Below, in pieces: positions 1 through 13,089 of a stretch of DNA of 64,000 bases. The translations under genes and the position numbers were made by a program. The first letter of the stretch is position 1, and each line of letters opens with the position of its first letter. The stretch lies in assembly GCF_006345805.1 (NCBI RefSeq), contig NC_042998.1, positions 100,936,001 through 101,000,000 on the forward strand, written 5' to 3'. This DNA comes from Octopus sinensis. Its lineage: Eukaryota. The notes beneath the pieces were generated by a model, which was not told the DNA's origin, made no database searches, and saw only the letters and a program-made list of their open reading frames with translations.

Positions 1-595
1 TATATATATTATATATATATATACATTTATTTATTTATTGCTACAATTTGTACTAAGCTTCATGAAATATAGACAGTGTCAAATTATCAGAACATCGTAT
101 TTACAGGAGTTGAAATCTTCATTATTAAACTGATCTGCATATAGCTGCAAAAATATATGGCGTTGATTCTTCATCATTTCCGAGTTGTTATATAGCTGTG
201 AAAATAGCTATTTGGACAATCGCGCTAGTTTGTGTATGTAGATGTAAAAATAGCTGAAGAGGAGAATTTGTCTAGGGCTGAAACGAAGGAAATCCGAATT
301 CGCACCAAAAGAGGCTGCTTATAACGCCGTTGCTGAAGGAATTTTCTAGAATTACTACGTGAATACTTAACCATCATTGGTTGAAAATGGGATCTGCATA
401 TATGATACACGTGAAATCCGTATGCGATCGAGCATGAAAATGAAAATGAAATCAACCGCGATACTCATATAGGTGTAGCGGACGCTTAATGAAATTCTCT
501 CCCTCTCTCTCTCTCTGTTATATATAACATAAATACGGACGTAGCAGATAACAGCTAACCTTCGGCCGCTTGGATCCTGTTGTGTCCACAACTCT

Positions 596-731
596 GATTG
601 GTTGGTATTGGCACAATTTGTCTCTTGCTCTATTACGCGCCAATAGGGAACCCAACCAATCGCAGCCTTCTGATAAGGTCCCGCGACACAGTCTTCTAAA
701 GCTCAGTTGGAGCCTCCTAGCCCCTATAAAA
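596..731 (+). promoter_or_regulatory. Pol II promoter-like cluster: four CCAAT boxes plus TATA box
   Basis: ATTGG at 597 and 607, CCAAT at 640 and 656, TATAAAA at 725-731. Spacing fits NF-Y/TATA promoters. The gene it would drive is unknown. Confidence 0.4.
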
Positions 732-899
732 GGCTAGTTTTCAACACCGTATTTCGTCTTTGGTTCTAGACCTTCTAATGTCTAACCACTGACCACAGAG
801 CACACAGCCAGTTCCAGCGACAGACAACACCAGCAGTTCACATTGGAGACTCAACTTCGTCCAGCAGCATTCAGGACCACCATCTCCATCGTCTTCATC

Positions 900-1720
900 T
901 TAACAACGCCAACGACATCTCCACGTATCCCATTCTGTCAACGTCCTTGTATCCCGCTCTGTCAACTCCAGGTGATGCACTGTAATCTCCTATGGCAAAC
1001 AAGGTATCCCTGTTGGAGATACTTTCCACGACAGATCACAACTGAGTGTAGAATGTCTCCTTCACAGACCTGTCACTCATGGTAGTCGGAGCATACACTG
1101 CAACCAAGGAAAGGACACTCAAACAATATGCAATCCTCTGTCACATAATACACTTGTTGACAGCCGGCACACATAATACCATTGAAACCAGCCAGTCGGT
1201 CGCTGCAATTGCTACCTCACCGGTATGCCAACCATCAGAGTTCTCAGATCAGTAGTAGGTATAACCCCCGGTTGAGGCGTCGCTTCTCTCTGGTCAACAC
1301 ACTTCTGATAGGGTCGTCACAGCAACTCGCGCACAGTTGAGCTCCTTAGACATCAAAGGCAGACGGGAATCGTCACTCAGTGAGAAAACATTCCAGATTC
1401 CCATCCGAATAGACCTCCCCAGGTTGAACCGAGATTTCCTACACTTGGCGGATGACACCGTTGCACCACTAAAGTGACATCCCTCCAGAATACTGTCGGC
1501 GGATGGTCCCGACGGCTTTACCCCAGTCACTTCATGCTTTATAGACAGTTGAGGAGAGAACTTTTTGGGTTTGTACAAGAGGTTGTTGTTGGTAAGGGTT
1601 TTATGAGGTTGGAGTGCAGATCCTGCATCAACTTCTTTTAGTCGCTTTTACGACACGCAGAGGAAAAGTTGGGTCTATTTTTTGGCATGCCGGTCTCCAC
1701 ACGGCATAATTTCCGCTAAG
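900..1720 (-). mobile_element. RTE-clade LINE, 5' part (5' UTR + AP-endonuclease), degenerate and 3'-truncated
   Basis: Minus-strand translation gives MGIWNVFSL...ELNCARVAVTTLSEV, then LSLVAVYAPTTMSDRSVKETFYTQL*SVVESISNRDTLFAIGDYSASPGVDRAGY. These are APE-domain motifs typical of RTE elements, with stops and frameshifts. Confidence 0.85.
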
Positions 1721-4157
1721 AATGTAAATTAATTTTGTGAAATTATCTCCCCTTTTCTTTGAGAGTCGCTAACAATTACTGTTAGGTTTTTGCTTTCTTT
1801 CTTCAACTAAAAAGGAAATTTCAATTGGAAATTTTTTCCGCGTTTCATTCAAAACATTAACTAATAACTTATTTATCCAAATGCATGACATAGACCTACT
1901 TGAGTCTTTTGCCCGGCGGAGTTTCGGAATAGCTAATAATACCTCAAGAAGAAGGAAAAGGGCAAGCAACTGGGAAAACTTATTTCTTTTTGATTTGTTG
2001 TGTTCTTGTATTTCGTACAACGGATATTACAATTACGAAGGAATTTTACCCTCTTAGGTGCCCTTTCCCTTTTCCGTGAGGTACTGATTGCTATTCCGAA
2101 AGTCCATCATTTCCATTATCTCATTTTAATGTCTGATTAAAAACAAGTTTCGCAAGAAGGCGCTTTATCTTGAAATTTGGTGCGGATTATCTTAAGTAAA
2201 CCCCTGTAATGTAAACCGATCCAGTCACCTGACAACTGAGATTAAAGAAAAAATGGAAATGGTATCGTTGCTCATCCCAGGTTCATCAGAGCCATAATTT
2301 TCGGTGAATTAAAAAAAAGAAAAACCTTCTTTTTTCGGAAAGTATTTTACTTAGAACTTAGAGTTAAGCTATTGAATTAGATACTTATCCTTCGTCTTAA
2401 AGGTTGTTTGTACTAAGGGAATTTAAAAAAAATGTTAAAAGTATAAATAAATGAAAGTAGCAGCTGGTTGAATCAACTGAACGTTGATGATGGCACCAGT
2501 TCCCGGCCTTGTGTTGTATGTCAAGCAAAAGGCACTTGTTATAGCACATCGCGATTAGCAACAGAACTTTTTTTTAAAATTGATTAATTTTTTTTCGGTT
2601 GTTAGCAATGCTGGAATCACGTTTTTCTTTGTTCAAAACCAACTGAATAACTGTTTCCTAGACGCTTAACGAGTCAAATTTTTCTTTTTCTTTTTTATGT
2701 AAGAGCTTTCTCGGTAATACAGTAAATAGAGAGAGCGAAAAAATACTCGCAAAATACGCTAAAATAGAACCTGGAGAATTTATCCCGAAGTATTAGAAAC
2801 AATGGAATTCATCATCCAATCATTTAAAAAGCGGTAAATTTATCTGAAAACATTATCATGGTTCCTTAAAATTCATAAAGTTTACTTTCAGTAAATAATT
2901 CAAATACAAGCATTTTGCTTATTAATTCATGATAAGATTGTATCGTTATAAAATTAATAATCTCTAGAGAAAGAAAGAATTCACAACCGAAAAATTCAAG
3001 ACAAAAACGAGAACTGCAAATGGAATGAATTTACACTGAGGATATTTTCAGCTTGCACCGGTTAGAACGGAAATAGGCATTGTAGGCTTTTTGGAGGGTT
3101 GTAAACATACATACTTCACCTTTTTTAAAAATTAAATATTTTCCTAAAGCTTCTTATTAAAATTTGGTGTATATATTTCCATCATGATTGGTAAGTTTTA
3201 ATATGATTTTCTTTAAATTTCTAATACGTATCTATTTAAGGAATTCTATAACAAAGATGTGTTACTTACCTAATATATATATAATTTCGGCGATCTCTTT
3301 ATTGTCTGCCTTTTTTCTTCGTTTCGAGAACCTGTTGTGAACCTTTTATTCATTTCTCTCGTTACAATTAAACCAATTAATTATACTTAGAATATATTTT
3401 CATCCAGCATTGCTTTTCATTTCATTCCCAAGAATTTCTATATTCGGCAAATCTTAGATTTGCTTATGTTTCCATATCATTATCTCTTTTTATTTATTTA
3501 TTTTTTATTTTTGCAATTTAGTCTGAGAAAGAGGATCGATGCCCATTTCCTTTTTAGACCCTTTTCGACTAGACTATAGAGATAGTTCGATTAAGTTTAA
3601 TACTTTAATCGTATTTTTATTTATCCATATAATTACCCTACAACTTCACTCTAATATTAAACAACAATTTCAAAGAACATACCTGAGTTATGAGTGTATT
3701 CCAGTGATGAAGAAATATAATTCTTTCGTCTGTTATCTCCGATTTGAATCCATGTTTAGATCTGTATTTTTTCTTCTTAATTCAATATTTTCATATCTAT
3801 CAGAATTTCAGGTTTATTATTGAACCAATTCAGTAGAAATTTCAGAGCGATTATAAGCTTTATTCTTGTACAGATTCTAAACTCTGAGTTTGTTTAAATA
3901 GAATTAGCTGATAGTTCTAGCTGATTAAGTGACCGAATACAGGTTCCTTTGTTAGCTCATTCGGGCTTGCTGTGATTTATGAAACATAGACGGGGTGCCC
4001 AGAGGGTAGCATAATCCATAATAGATCTACTATATTGTTTATCTATTGTTATTGTTTCAAAGTGAGTGCACTTTGAGTGTTTATGCATCATATTGCCCTT
4101 TACTCCGTCTTTTGTGTGTGACGAGAACGTTGTAGAGTTGTTGTAAGCAATTTCTAG

Positions 4158-4469
4158 TCATCATCATCATTGTTTAACGTCCGCTTTCCATGCTAGCATG
4201 GGTTGGACGATTTGACTGAGGTCTGGCGAACCAGATGGCTGCACTAGACTCCAATCTGATCTGGCAGAGTTTCTACAGTTGGATGCCCTTCCTAACGACA
4301 AACACTCCAAGAGTGTAGTGGGTGCTTTTACGTGCCCCCAGCACGAGGGCCAGTCAGGCGGTACTGGCAACGGCCACGCTCAAATAGTGTTTTTCATGTG
4401 CCACCTGCACAGGAGCCAGTCCAGCGGCACTGGCAACGACCTCGCTCAAATGTATTTTCACGTGCCACC
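4158..4469 (-). mobile_element. RTE LINE 3'-UTR repeat with (GAT)n tail (family A)
   Basis: (CAT)n followed by ttaacgtccgctttccatgctagcatgggttggacg...ggatgcccttcctaacg...gtgcttttacgtgcc. The same sequence recurs many times in the window. Confidence 0.8.
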
Positions 4470-5649
4470 ATGCAATTATGCATATGTTGTTCACTGTACT
4501 TCTTGGTTGCATTTGATATTCTTTGATGTTTCTGGATTGAAGAGAGATGGGAATGTATAACGTCTTAGCTTTACTCTGTTTCGAATTAAGTTTCTAACGG
4601 GTTGATGTAGGGTGTGACTTGGTAGATAGAGGTAACTGTGATGCCTGCATTATGGAGCCGTGTTTTTGGAAGTTTGGGCTGGTTGTGGAAGTATAAGTTA
4701 AAAAGTATGTTTAATCTGCAGTATTCTTTTTGGAAAAGCACATATTTTAGACCTAAGCGTAAGTTTAATAATCCAAGAGAAAACTTACCAGTTACTATGT
4801 GGTGTTTGTTTTTTTGTATGGCTAAGAGGAGGAACTCTAATGGCCATGACTCTTTTCAGGGACTCCAAGACTGGTGGAAGAAGAGGAGGAATTTGTCCTG
4901 TGAATGGAGACATAGCCTGAATGTTTGCAAGAGTGAATCTGACAAAAGCATTCAAAGGAGAGGTAGAGGTGCTGAACTGGGCAATAGATTAAGCCTTCAA
5001 CTAGAAAAGGAATGGTACCTCTGACTGGCTTCCACACAATTTCTGTCTATTCCACTAACAATACTTTGATCAACCCAGTGCTGTGCAGTGGGATTGAACT
5101 GTCCTGTATTCTTTATGTGAGGTTTGTGATAGTTGAGTCTAGTGGTTTGAATTTATGTTTTGAGTTAGCAAGGGGAATGTGTATGTTAGTGATATCAAGT
5201 AATTTCCTGGATATGCATAGATACCAATTTATTGCCACAAGAAGCCCCATCCCCCACAGTCACTATCACTGCACCTTTAAGCATCCTGATACATTTGTAG
5301 CATCATAAAAAACAACTATCTCTCCTAACAGAGATAAAGGGGACATATATGTTGTTATAACAGTGAGATCGTTTACTTTATTGTTTGTTGGTTGCACATT
5401 ACTAGAGATTTGTACAAAAACACAGCTACTGACTTGTACTGATTGATTCCACCATGCCTGCTTCTGGTTTGGTTACCTCCAAATATACACAGATTAAAAA
5501 ACAACCTGGAGTAGGAAGTCACAAAACGTACCCAGACTGATATACTGCATTCATACAGTTGACATCTCCATGATAATGTGCACTTTCTGGCCTTGTATTA
5601 GAGTTATGGTATATTTGTGGATTGCACCTTGTTATTTTTACTAACTACT

Positions 5650-5915
5650 TTGTGCTGTAGGTTTGCTTGATCAGGGTTGGGTAGAGATATGCAATAATAA
5701 CAACTGTAATTTGATTAAGTTGTTAAAGAACTCCACTAATAGCAGCCAAATCTCCCTCAGATTACACACTACTATCTTAAAAGGGAGAGGGACACATTGG
5801 ATAATGTGGTCCTGGTTACACTACTTGGTAAAAAGACAGGATCAAGGTTTGAGTTCCTTTGATCATAAGTCCACTGGATGAGAGCTGAACTGGAGTTAAA
5901 CAACAACTACAGGAT
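5650..5915. repeat. Dispersed repeat family F (fragments)
   Basis: Motifs aatagcagccaaatctccct...ggacacattggataatg...tttgatcata recur at ~6830-7470, 9360-9500, 29600-29830, 32440-32640, 33430-33560, 45520-45640, 46370-46540, 58830-58890 and 61915-61990. Class unresolved. Confidence 0.6.
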
Positions 5916-6037
5916 TTGTATTTTTTTTTAATGGGAGGGTTCTTGTTCAGAAGTGTTTATATCATTACTTGGAATATAGACACATTAATTCTCTTTAATC
6001 CTGCTCTGCTATTGATGAGATATGTGTTTATCTGGTC

Positions 6038-6400
6038 ATCATTATCATCATCATCATCATTTAATATCTGTTGTCCTTGCTGGCATGAGTTGGACGGTTT
6101 GACCAGGGCTGGCAAGCTGGAAGGGCTGCACCAGATACCAGTCCGATTTGGCATGGTTTCTACAGCTGGATGCCCTTCTTAGTGCCAACCATTTTGAGAG
6201 GGTAATGGGTGCTTTCACATGCCACCGGCAGAGGTGCCATTTGTGTGATACCAGTATCTGCCACAATTGTGATTTTACTTGGCTTGATGGCTCTTCTTCT
6301 GAAGTATGACATAATGCCAAAGGTCTTGGTCATTCATCATTGCCTCCATGAGGCTTGACATTTGAAAGGTGCTTTTCACGTGCCACTGGCATTGGCCACC
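6038..6400 (-). mobile_element. RTE LINE 3' end (ORF C-terminus + 3' UTR + (GAT)n)
   Basis: Minus strand reads SLMEAMMNDQDLWHYVILQKKSHQAK* directly before the family-A UTR, linking family A to RTE LINEs. Confidence 0.75.
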
Positions 6401-6574
6401 TTGTGTTTAAAAAAATGAAAACAACATAAAGAAAGCATATTACATACACTCATGCATGCACAAATATATAAACAAGGAAACAGAATGAAGGTATGAGCCA
6501 TGGAAATAGTTAATAATGATGTTAGCAGTGAATTTCAGGTATAGTCAAATACAGTGAAAGAAATTATTTATTTT

Positions 6575-6770
6575 TTCTCATCTTCATCTTCATTTTCCAT
6601 GTGAGCATGGGTTTGATAGATTTTGTCCAGCACAGCATCTCACCACATGTTACAATCCCATGTTAACCTCTTTGTGAAATTCAGCATCCTGAGATCAACC
6701 TCACTACTTCTTTTCATGTCTTCCTCTTATGAAAGGTTTCTTCCATTTGGATTATCAGGTAACAACTTAG
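6575..6770 (-). mobile_element. RTE LINE 3' end fragment
   Basis: Degenerate minus-strand EVVR.DLRMLNFTKRLT...W.DAVL followed by a catggaaaatg-type tail. Confidence 0.55.
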
Positions 6771-7949
6771 AGAAGAAAGGTATGGAATAAGGAGAATGTA
6801 GAGGGGAAAGAGGAGCTATCCCAAGTTGACACTAGAAATAGCAGCCAAATTTCCCTTAAATCACACCTATACCTCCTAAAATAATGAAGGACTCACTGGA
6901 CAGTGTAATCCTAAATACACAATATCTGAAAAAAGAGATGAGATCTTTGATCAAAGCTCTGCTTGATCAGAGCTAACCTAGAGCTTGGCATGTTTTATCC
7001 CAAGTAAATGTGAGCCTTTATGTGATTCCCCAACCAGACAGAAATAGAAACAAAATCTTCCACAAAATATTATCTTAAAAAGAGGAAGGATACATTTAAT
7101 AATGCAGTTATAGATACATGTCAGAAGAAAGATGAAAGGGTCACAGCTAGAATACTTTGACCATAAGTTTGCTCAATCAGATCTGTGTTGGTTCTCATTA
7201 TAAAAAGTAAATCTTCTTAATTCAAAGTTTCACTAATTCTGGAATCTAAAACCCCTTTCTGATGAAAAAAAAATGGTTGAAAACCATTGTGCTACACAAT
7301 CACTTAACCCACTAGAAATAGCAGCTAAATTTTCCTTAAATAAAATCCTACCATCTTAAAAAAGGACACACTGAATATTATAGTCCAAGATATTCTACCA
7401 GATAAAAAAAAAGACTAAGTGGCCATCGCTGGAATGAACAATTGACATGGAGGTAAATGACAACAACCCCATTCTATTCACTTGACCCTCATGTTTGTCA
7501 CATATCCATGTAAAATACTGTTATTTAATACATTTTTCTTAGCTCTGCATCATTCAGAAGCTGACTCTGCATTTAGCTATGTCCTTTTTCTACTTCTTAC
7601 TACTGTAAAAGGCTCTGCTCTTCTGTTTATCTCTCAGCAAAAATCCTTCCTCTTCATATTTCCTCCAGCAAACAAAAACCTGCGATAGTTCAAACTGAAC
7701 AAAAGCACATCATGCTTACTTAGCTACTCTAATTTCAAATTTCAAAATGTAGCAAGGATGCTCTGCCGGATGTGTAAAGTTAGCACAAATGAGAGTATAA
7801 GAGGAATCAATTGTGGTGATTGAAATAGACTGTGATGGGACAGATATAAAGAGGATTGCAGTTACATAAAGAAGTCCTTAACTAAGGACTTCCCAAAATA
7901 TATATCAACTGGTACTTCTTTGAATCTACATACATCCAACAGAGGGATC

Positions 7950-8660
7950 TTTTAGCTTCCATACCTTTCTTCTTTAAGTTATGTTGTGCCTTTGAGTTTG
8001 TCTAGCTCTTATTCTGAGGCTGTTGAGCTCTTGTCTTTGCTGAGTATTACAAATTTTCACAGAAGCAGGAATTAATATTCACAACCAGTTACCTATCTCA
8101 TTTCCTGCTGTAGCTGACTTCCATTTTTGCCTGATTGTTAGGTAATTAGGTAACTGATAAGTTTTATAAAGTTAGTATTGCAATACATGTCACCTGCCAA
8201 AATTAGGTCATGTGCATCTCAGATCTTCTTTCTTCATATCTATAACCTCTAAATACTTTGGAGTAAGCATCATAATGTTGTCAAAACATGTCTGTGTAAG
8301 TCACCACCCCTAATTACAAGTTCAGTGTTATTCATTGTAGTGATAATCTGTAAAAGGTTCTCATAGAAATGGCTTTTTTGCTTATTTTGCTAGTCCTGAT
8401 AGGGGTGCATATTCAAAGATAACCATTACTGTGTGTTACCAATGACAAGTTTTAGCTTGATTATTCTGTTAGATATTCTAATTCAGTTAATTCATTCATT
8501 TCTCTGCCAATAATGTCTGCTTCACCTACCACAGCAGTGTACTTAAATTTGTACTTTTGTTCCTTGCTTGTGAAGTGTCTGGCTGAGGCTCCTTTCTATC
8601 TTACCTCTTGTACCCAGCACACATTTAAGTTCTTTTACTTTTAGCCAACTGGTGAAAGTA
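7950..8660 (-). mobile_element. Highly degenerate RTE endonuclease region
   Basis: Frameshifted minus-strand remnants resembling CVQEVRWKGASAR, RISNRIIKLKLVIGN, YAPLSGL, GGD(F)..HV and HDLIL..NTNF.K. Confidence 0.6.
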
Positions 8661-10110
8661 ACAAACGTGTTTCTTGTTTATATCAGTCAACTCAAAGACT
8701 AGATCAGATCCCATGCTACACTTTCTAAAGTTTCAATTAATTGATTTTATTTGGTGGTGTTATCTTGTTAGTTCTGTTTAGATATTAAACTTCTTGAGAG
8801 GGAGTTTTTGTTTATTACTTTCTTCAATAATCCCTGTTAATCAGTTTTGCAACTCACTATATTATATATGTGAGACCCTGTTGTATTTTGACTTGGTATT
8901 TTTTATGCTGTCTATTCAGATTAGCTGCTCTTCTAGTCAGATTGTCTTTACTATGACTCTCAGAGTTTACACCTTTTCTATGCAGAATTTTGTTCAGAGT
9001 TAGTGCTCTCTCAATCATGTGATCTTTATGATGCTTGAGGAGCTGCTTCTCTCCATATTGCTGCTATAGGTGCTCACAGTGCAGTGATAGAAAGTTAGGA
9101 GCTTACAGTGGATTGGTAAGTTTGTTTTGAGTGTTCAAATACTTAAACTAGTTGCATTTCGAGTAGTAATGCGTATGTACTGTTGTGTTGGCAGGCTAGT
9201 GTATTTAACAACCAGCTGGTTGAGAATCTCTTGGTACTGTTGCAGTTACACATCTGGGGCAGATTGCTATGAATAAGCACAGGTGTTTAATAGAGGGAAT
9301 CCCTATGGCAGTAGGTAAAGGGTAGGGATTTAGCTAAGGTTGAGTGAATGACAATTGTTGTTGTCTAACTCCAAGTGAACTTTGATTGAATGGATCCAAG
9401 ATCAAAGGCATCCACTTAAGACTACTCACGTAAACATGTAGAAGCTCCCTCTATGTCTTATGTTCTCAGGATAGTTGGAGTAATCATGACAGGTCATATT
9501 TGTCATGATGGGGGTAGGGCAGGAAATTGGGGAGCCACATATTTTCTGAGCAAGGATATTTTAAGAAAAGTCCGTTAGAGCAGATATTAATTCACAAATA
9601 GACTTCAAAACCTTTTCAGTGAAAAAGTTCAAGAAAGAAAATCTTTATTAAAGCAGTATAATTTTGAGATAGTGAGAGAAAAAAAAAGAGAGAGAATTTG
9701 GTGGATTTTATAGTGATAGTTTTAAAATCATCATCATAAATAAATAATTATCTTCTCAGCTTAATTTCTCTTTAGTATTGTTGTGGTGAGAGTCATTGAC
9801 ACCTCTGTGGGTTTAGAAGAATGGACTAGCCAGACTCTTATAAAAAGTAGCACATTAGTTGAGATGAGAGAAGTTGTAGGCATCATTGAAAGTTTGTGGA
9901 AGTCATAGGAAGTCATTGAGATCATTGAGAGTTTGTATTTATTGGGGTATTGTGTTTAGTGAAATAATTTGAAGTATGTCATGTGAAGACAGTTGTGTCT
10001 GTCCTCGCATTGTGAAATATGTATATCCAATGTATAGAAGGATATAAAAGGTATTTGGTCCATAAATTCTCCGAAGTTGCTGTTGCCAGTGTTTGTTTGG
10101 CATATTTAGA

Positions 10111-10388
10111 CATCATCATCATCATCTAACATCCGTTTTCCATGCTAGCATGGGTTGGACGGTTCGACTGGTGTTTGGGAAGCCAGGTGGCTGCATTAGG
10201 CTCCAGTCTGATCTGGCAGTGTTCGTACAGCTGGATGCCCTTCCTAATGCCAACCACCCTGTGAGTGTAGTGGGTGCTTTTTACGTGCCACTTGCACAGG
10301 GGCCAGAGGACACTGGTAACAGCCATAGTCGGTTGCTGCTTTTTACGTGCCACTGGCACGGAAGCCAGTCAAGGCGGTGCTGGCTTTT
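10111..10388 (-). mobile_element. RTE 3'-UTR repeat (family A)
   Basis: (CAT)n tail + ccgttttccatgctagcatgggttggacgg...gtgcttttacgtgccac. Confidence 0.8.
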
Positions 10389-10904
10389 ATGTATTGAGTA
10401 TTCTTTTTCTCTTTTGCAGCTCTAAACACACATACACAGACAACCCCACCATACATATATACACACACACAGAATAAAACCAGTATAGTACTGAAAAGGC
10501 CATAGTTCAAGTGAGTAGTCAATATGTATATGTTAGGTAAAGGAATATATTTATCAGCTAACAATTTTTTGCTGAAATAGAGTGAGCTATCCATATGACT
10601 ATTTGCTAATAAATATACATACATACAACATCATCATCATTGTTTTAATATCCACTTTTCCATGATTGCATGGGTCAGATGAGAGAGTACATTGGGGTAA
10701 AGTTTTCTATGGTCTGATATTCTTTCAGTTGCCAAACCCCTGGTGTGTGTTTAAAAAGTTCACTTCCCCAACCTTCTGTTTTTTGCTACTGATTTGCTCC
10801 TCATCCGGCAGCAACTGCAGCAGACTTAAATATAATCCCTTTTTGTTGTTTATCCTCCATCTCAATTCTGTTTGAGCAGATCTAGGGCCAGAAGATCTAG
10901 GGCA

Positions 10905-11141
10905 AGGCGGCGAGCTGGCAGAAACATTAGTTAGCATGCTGGGCGAAATGCTTAGCGGTATTTCATCTGCCGTTACGTTCTGAGTTCAAATTCTGCCGAG
11001 GTCGACTTTGCCTTTCATCCTTTCGGGGTCGATAAATTAAGTACCAGTTACGCACTGGGGTTGATGTAATTGACTTAATCCCTTTGTCTGTCTTTGTTTG
11101 TCCCCTCAATGTTTAGCCCCTTGTGGGCAATAAAGAAATAA
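10905..11141 (+). mobile_element. tRNA-derived SINE (family C), near full length
   Basis: Head ggcggcgagctggcagaaac (A-box-like), B box gagttcaaattc, body gtcgactttgcctttcatcctttcggggtcgataaattaagtacc, A-rich tail. Many copies in the window. Confidence 0.85.
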
Positions 11142-12239
11142 AGAGTGTTTGAGTTGTGACAACTTTGTCATTTTTATAGTTACCTAGGTCTATTGAATGT
11201 TTTAGTTTATTTTTAAAACATGGAAGTATGAGGTATGTTTAGTTGTTATTACTAGCATGTTAAGTGACTGTAGCAGTGCTTTTATTTTTGTGTTTTTGAT
11301 TGGAGAATGAAGTAGAATGGGAACTAACAAAAATAAACGACTTTGTTGTTATATGGCAGTCATGATTGTGGAAAGATCCAATTTCTTTGAAAAGATTCTA
11401 TTTCACTGGTTCCTTTGAAGACCAAAACAACTAATTCCCACCTCTGGTTTTGCTTACAGCATAATTACTATTTCAAAATATTGTATCCTTTATAAGGAGC
11501 AGCCATGGTTATGTGGTTGCAAAGTTCACTTCACAACCACACAGTTATTGCTTTAGATTCCTCACCTTGTGTGGCTTCTTGTGCAAGTGTCTCATTCTCC
11601 TTGATGTAAACAGGTACTGCAGAATTACTAACAACTTCCTACTCTAAGCATGCAGCATTGTAAGACTGACAACTTAATCTGACGTGCTGAGATCAAATTC
11701 TTTTGTGAGCCTAAAGAAGACAATGAGTAACCACTTCAGTGTAATTTTTACTCTAGAATCACCACATAAAGACTAGTTCTTTATTGATGCTCCACCGAGC
11801 AAATGGAAGATGCATGTATGTGTGTGTATGTATGTATATATTTATGTCTAATAAAAGTATAAACAAGCAAACAGCTGGTATGAGGTCAAATTATGACATA
11901 TATATATATATAAACATAAGGGTGAAATTGTTACAGGAGTATAGATTACAAGAAGTCGTTAAGGGATTAATTGATTAAAGTTCATAATCATTATGGTATA
12001 TGCCAGTGCTCTCCCAGAATGCTTACATGGTAAGTCTGAATTATTAGTATTAGGTCAGATGGAATGTACTGAGGCAGATTTTCTATGGCTGGATGCATTT
12101 CTTCTCTCACAAACCCTCATCTGTTTTCAAGCGTAGTAATATTCCCCTATAGTTTGATAAGGTTTTTATTGAAGATTAGAAACAAACAAAATTGCTTGTA
12201 TGACTGATACTTGTTTGCAGTCATCACATAATGTCAAGA

Positions 12240-12450
12240 CAAGGGTACACAAACATACATGCTCATGCACATTCATACACACACATCCATGCATACATGC
12301 ATGCTTCTTTTAGTTTCCATCTACCAAATAACACTCATAAAGCTTTAATTGGCCTGTGACTATAATAGAAGACACTTGCCAAAGGTGTTGTGCAGTTTGA
12401 TTGAACTCTAGGCTATATGGTTGGGAAGCAAGCTTCTTAACCACACTTGT
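12240..12450 (-). mobile_element. CORE-type tRNA SINE (family B), 5' half, CpG-decayed
   Basis: tttccatctaccaaata...gaagacacttgccaaaggtg...cttaaccacac matches the reverse complement of the intact copy at 56781-57243. Confidence 0.7.
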
Positions 12451-12526
12451 GCCTAGTCACACCAGCATTCCTCCTTGACTGAGTGAGGGTGCATTTTAGA
12501 GAGGAAGTGGTGGCTTTATTTATACA

Positions 12527-12795
12527 TCATCATCATCATTGTTTAGCGTTTGCTTTCCATGCTGGCATGGGTTGGACGGTTCAACTGGGGTCTGGGAAGC
12601 CAGAAGGCTGCACCAGGCCCAGTCTGATCTGGCAATGTTTCTACGGCTGGATGCCCTTCCTAACGCCAACCACTCTGAGTGTAGTGGGTGCTTTTTACGT
12701 GCCACTGGCACAGGTGCCAGACGAGGAGGCTGGCAAATGGCCACGATCGGATGGTGCTTTTTACGTGCCACCAGCACGGTTTACGTGCCACTTGG
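12527..12795 (-). mobile_element. RTE 3'-UTR repeat (family A)
   Basis: (CAT)n + tttagcgtttgctttccatgctggcatggg...gtgctttttacgtgcc repeats. Confidence 0.8.
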
Positions 12796-13089
12796 CTTAG
12801 TCTGAGGAAGAAGGCAGTACTGTGACCATTTTCGAGGCCCTTATAGCTGATTAGGAGAAGGAAGTTATCCTTAGATGAAAGACCTAGTTCAAATGATTTC
12901 AACAGAGTTGACCCTACTAGAGGTATGCAAGTACCAAGTGGTGTGTTGAACTGACATTGCATCCCAGGCACTCATCTGCTTTGCCTGCTGATAGCCTTTC
13001 CAAAAAGCTGAAGCACTACAAAGTGCAGAGTTCCTAGCATCCCAGCATGCATAATATGTACATTGTTGTCTGGTCTTGCCTGCAATACT

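Noticed and set aside
254-290. CTGAAGA...GAAAC hammerhead-like string
   Set aside because: No stem II or stem I pairing and no NUH cleavage triplet.
4167-4560. Short ORFs such as MDALPNANH.../MGWTV... recurring at 10093, 12483, 32833, 38675 and 41980
   Set aside because: They are chance frames in repeated RTE 3'-UTR copies, with differing frames and stops between copies.
4480-5010. Possible I/Jockey-type LINE fragment on the minus strand
   Set aside because: Only a weak AFVR.TL-like resemblance, too degenerate to support a call.
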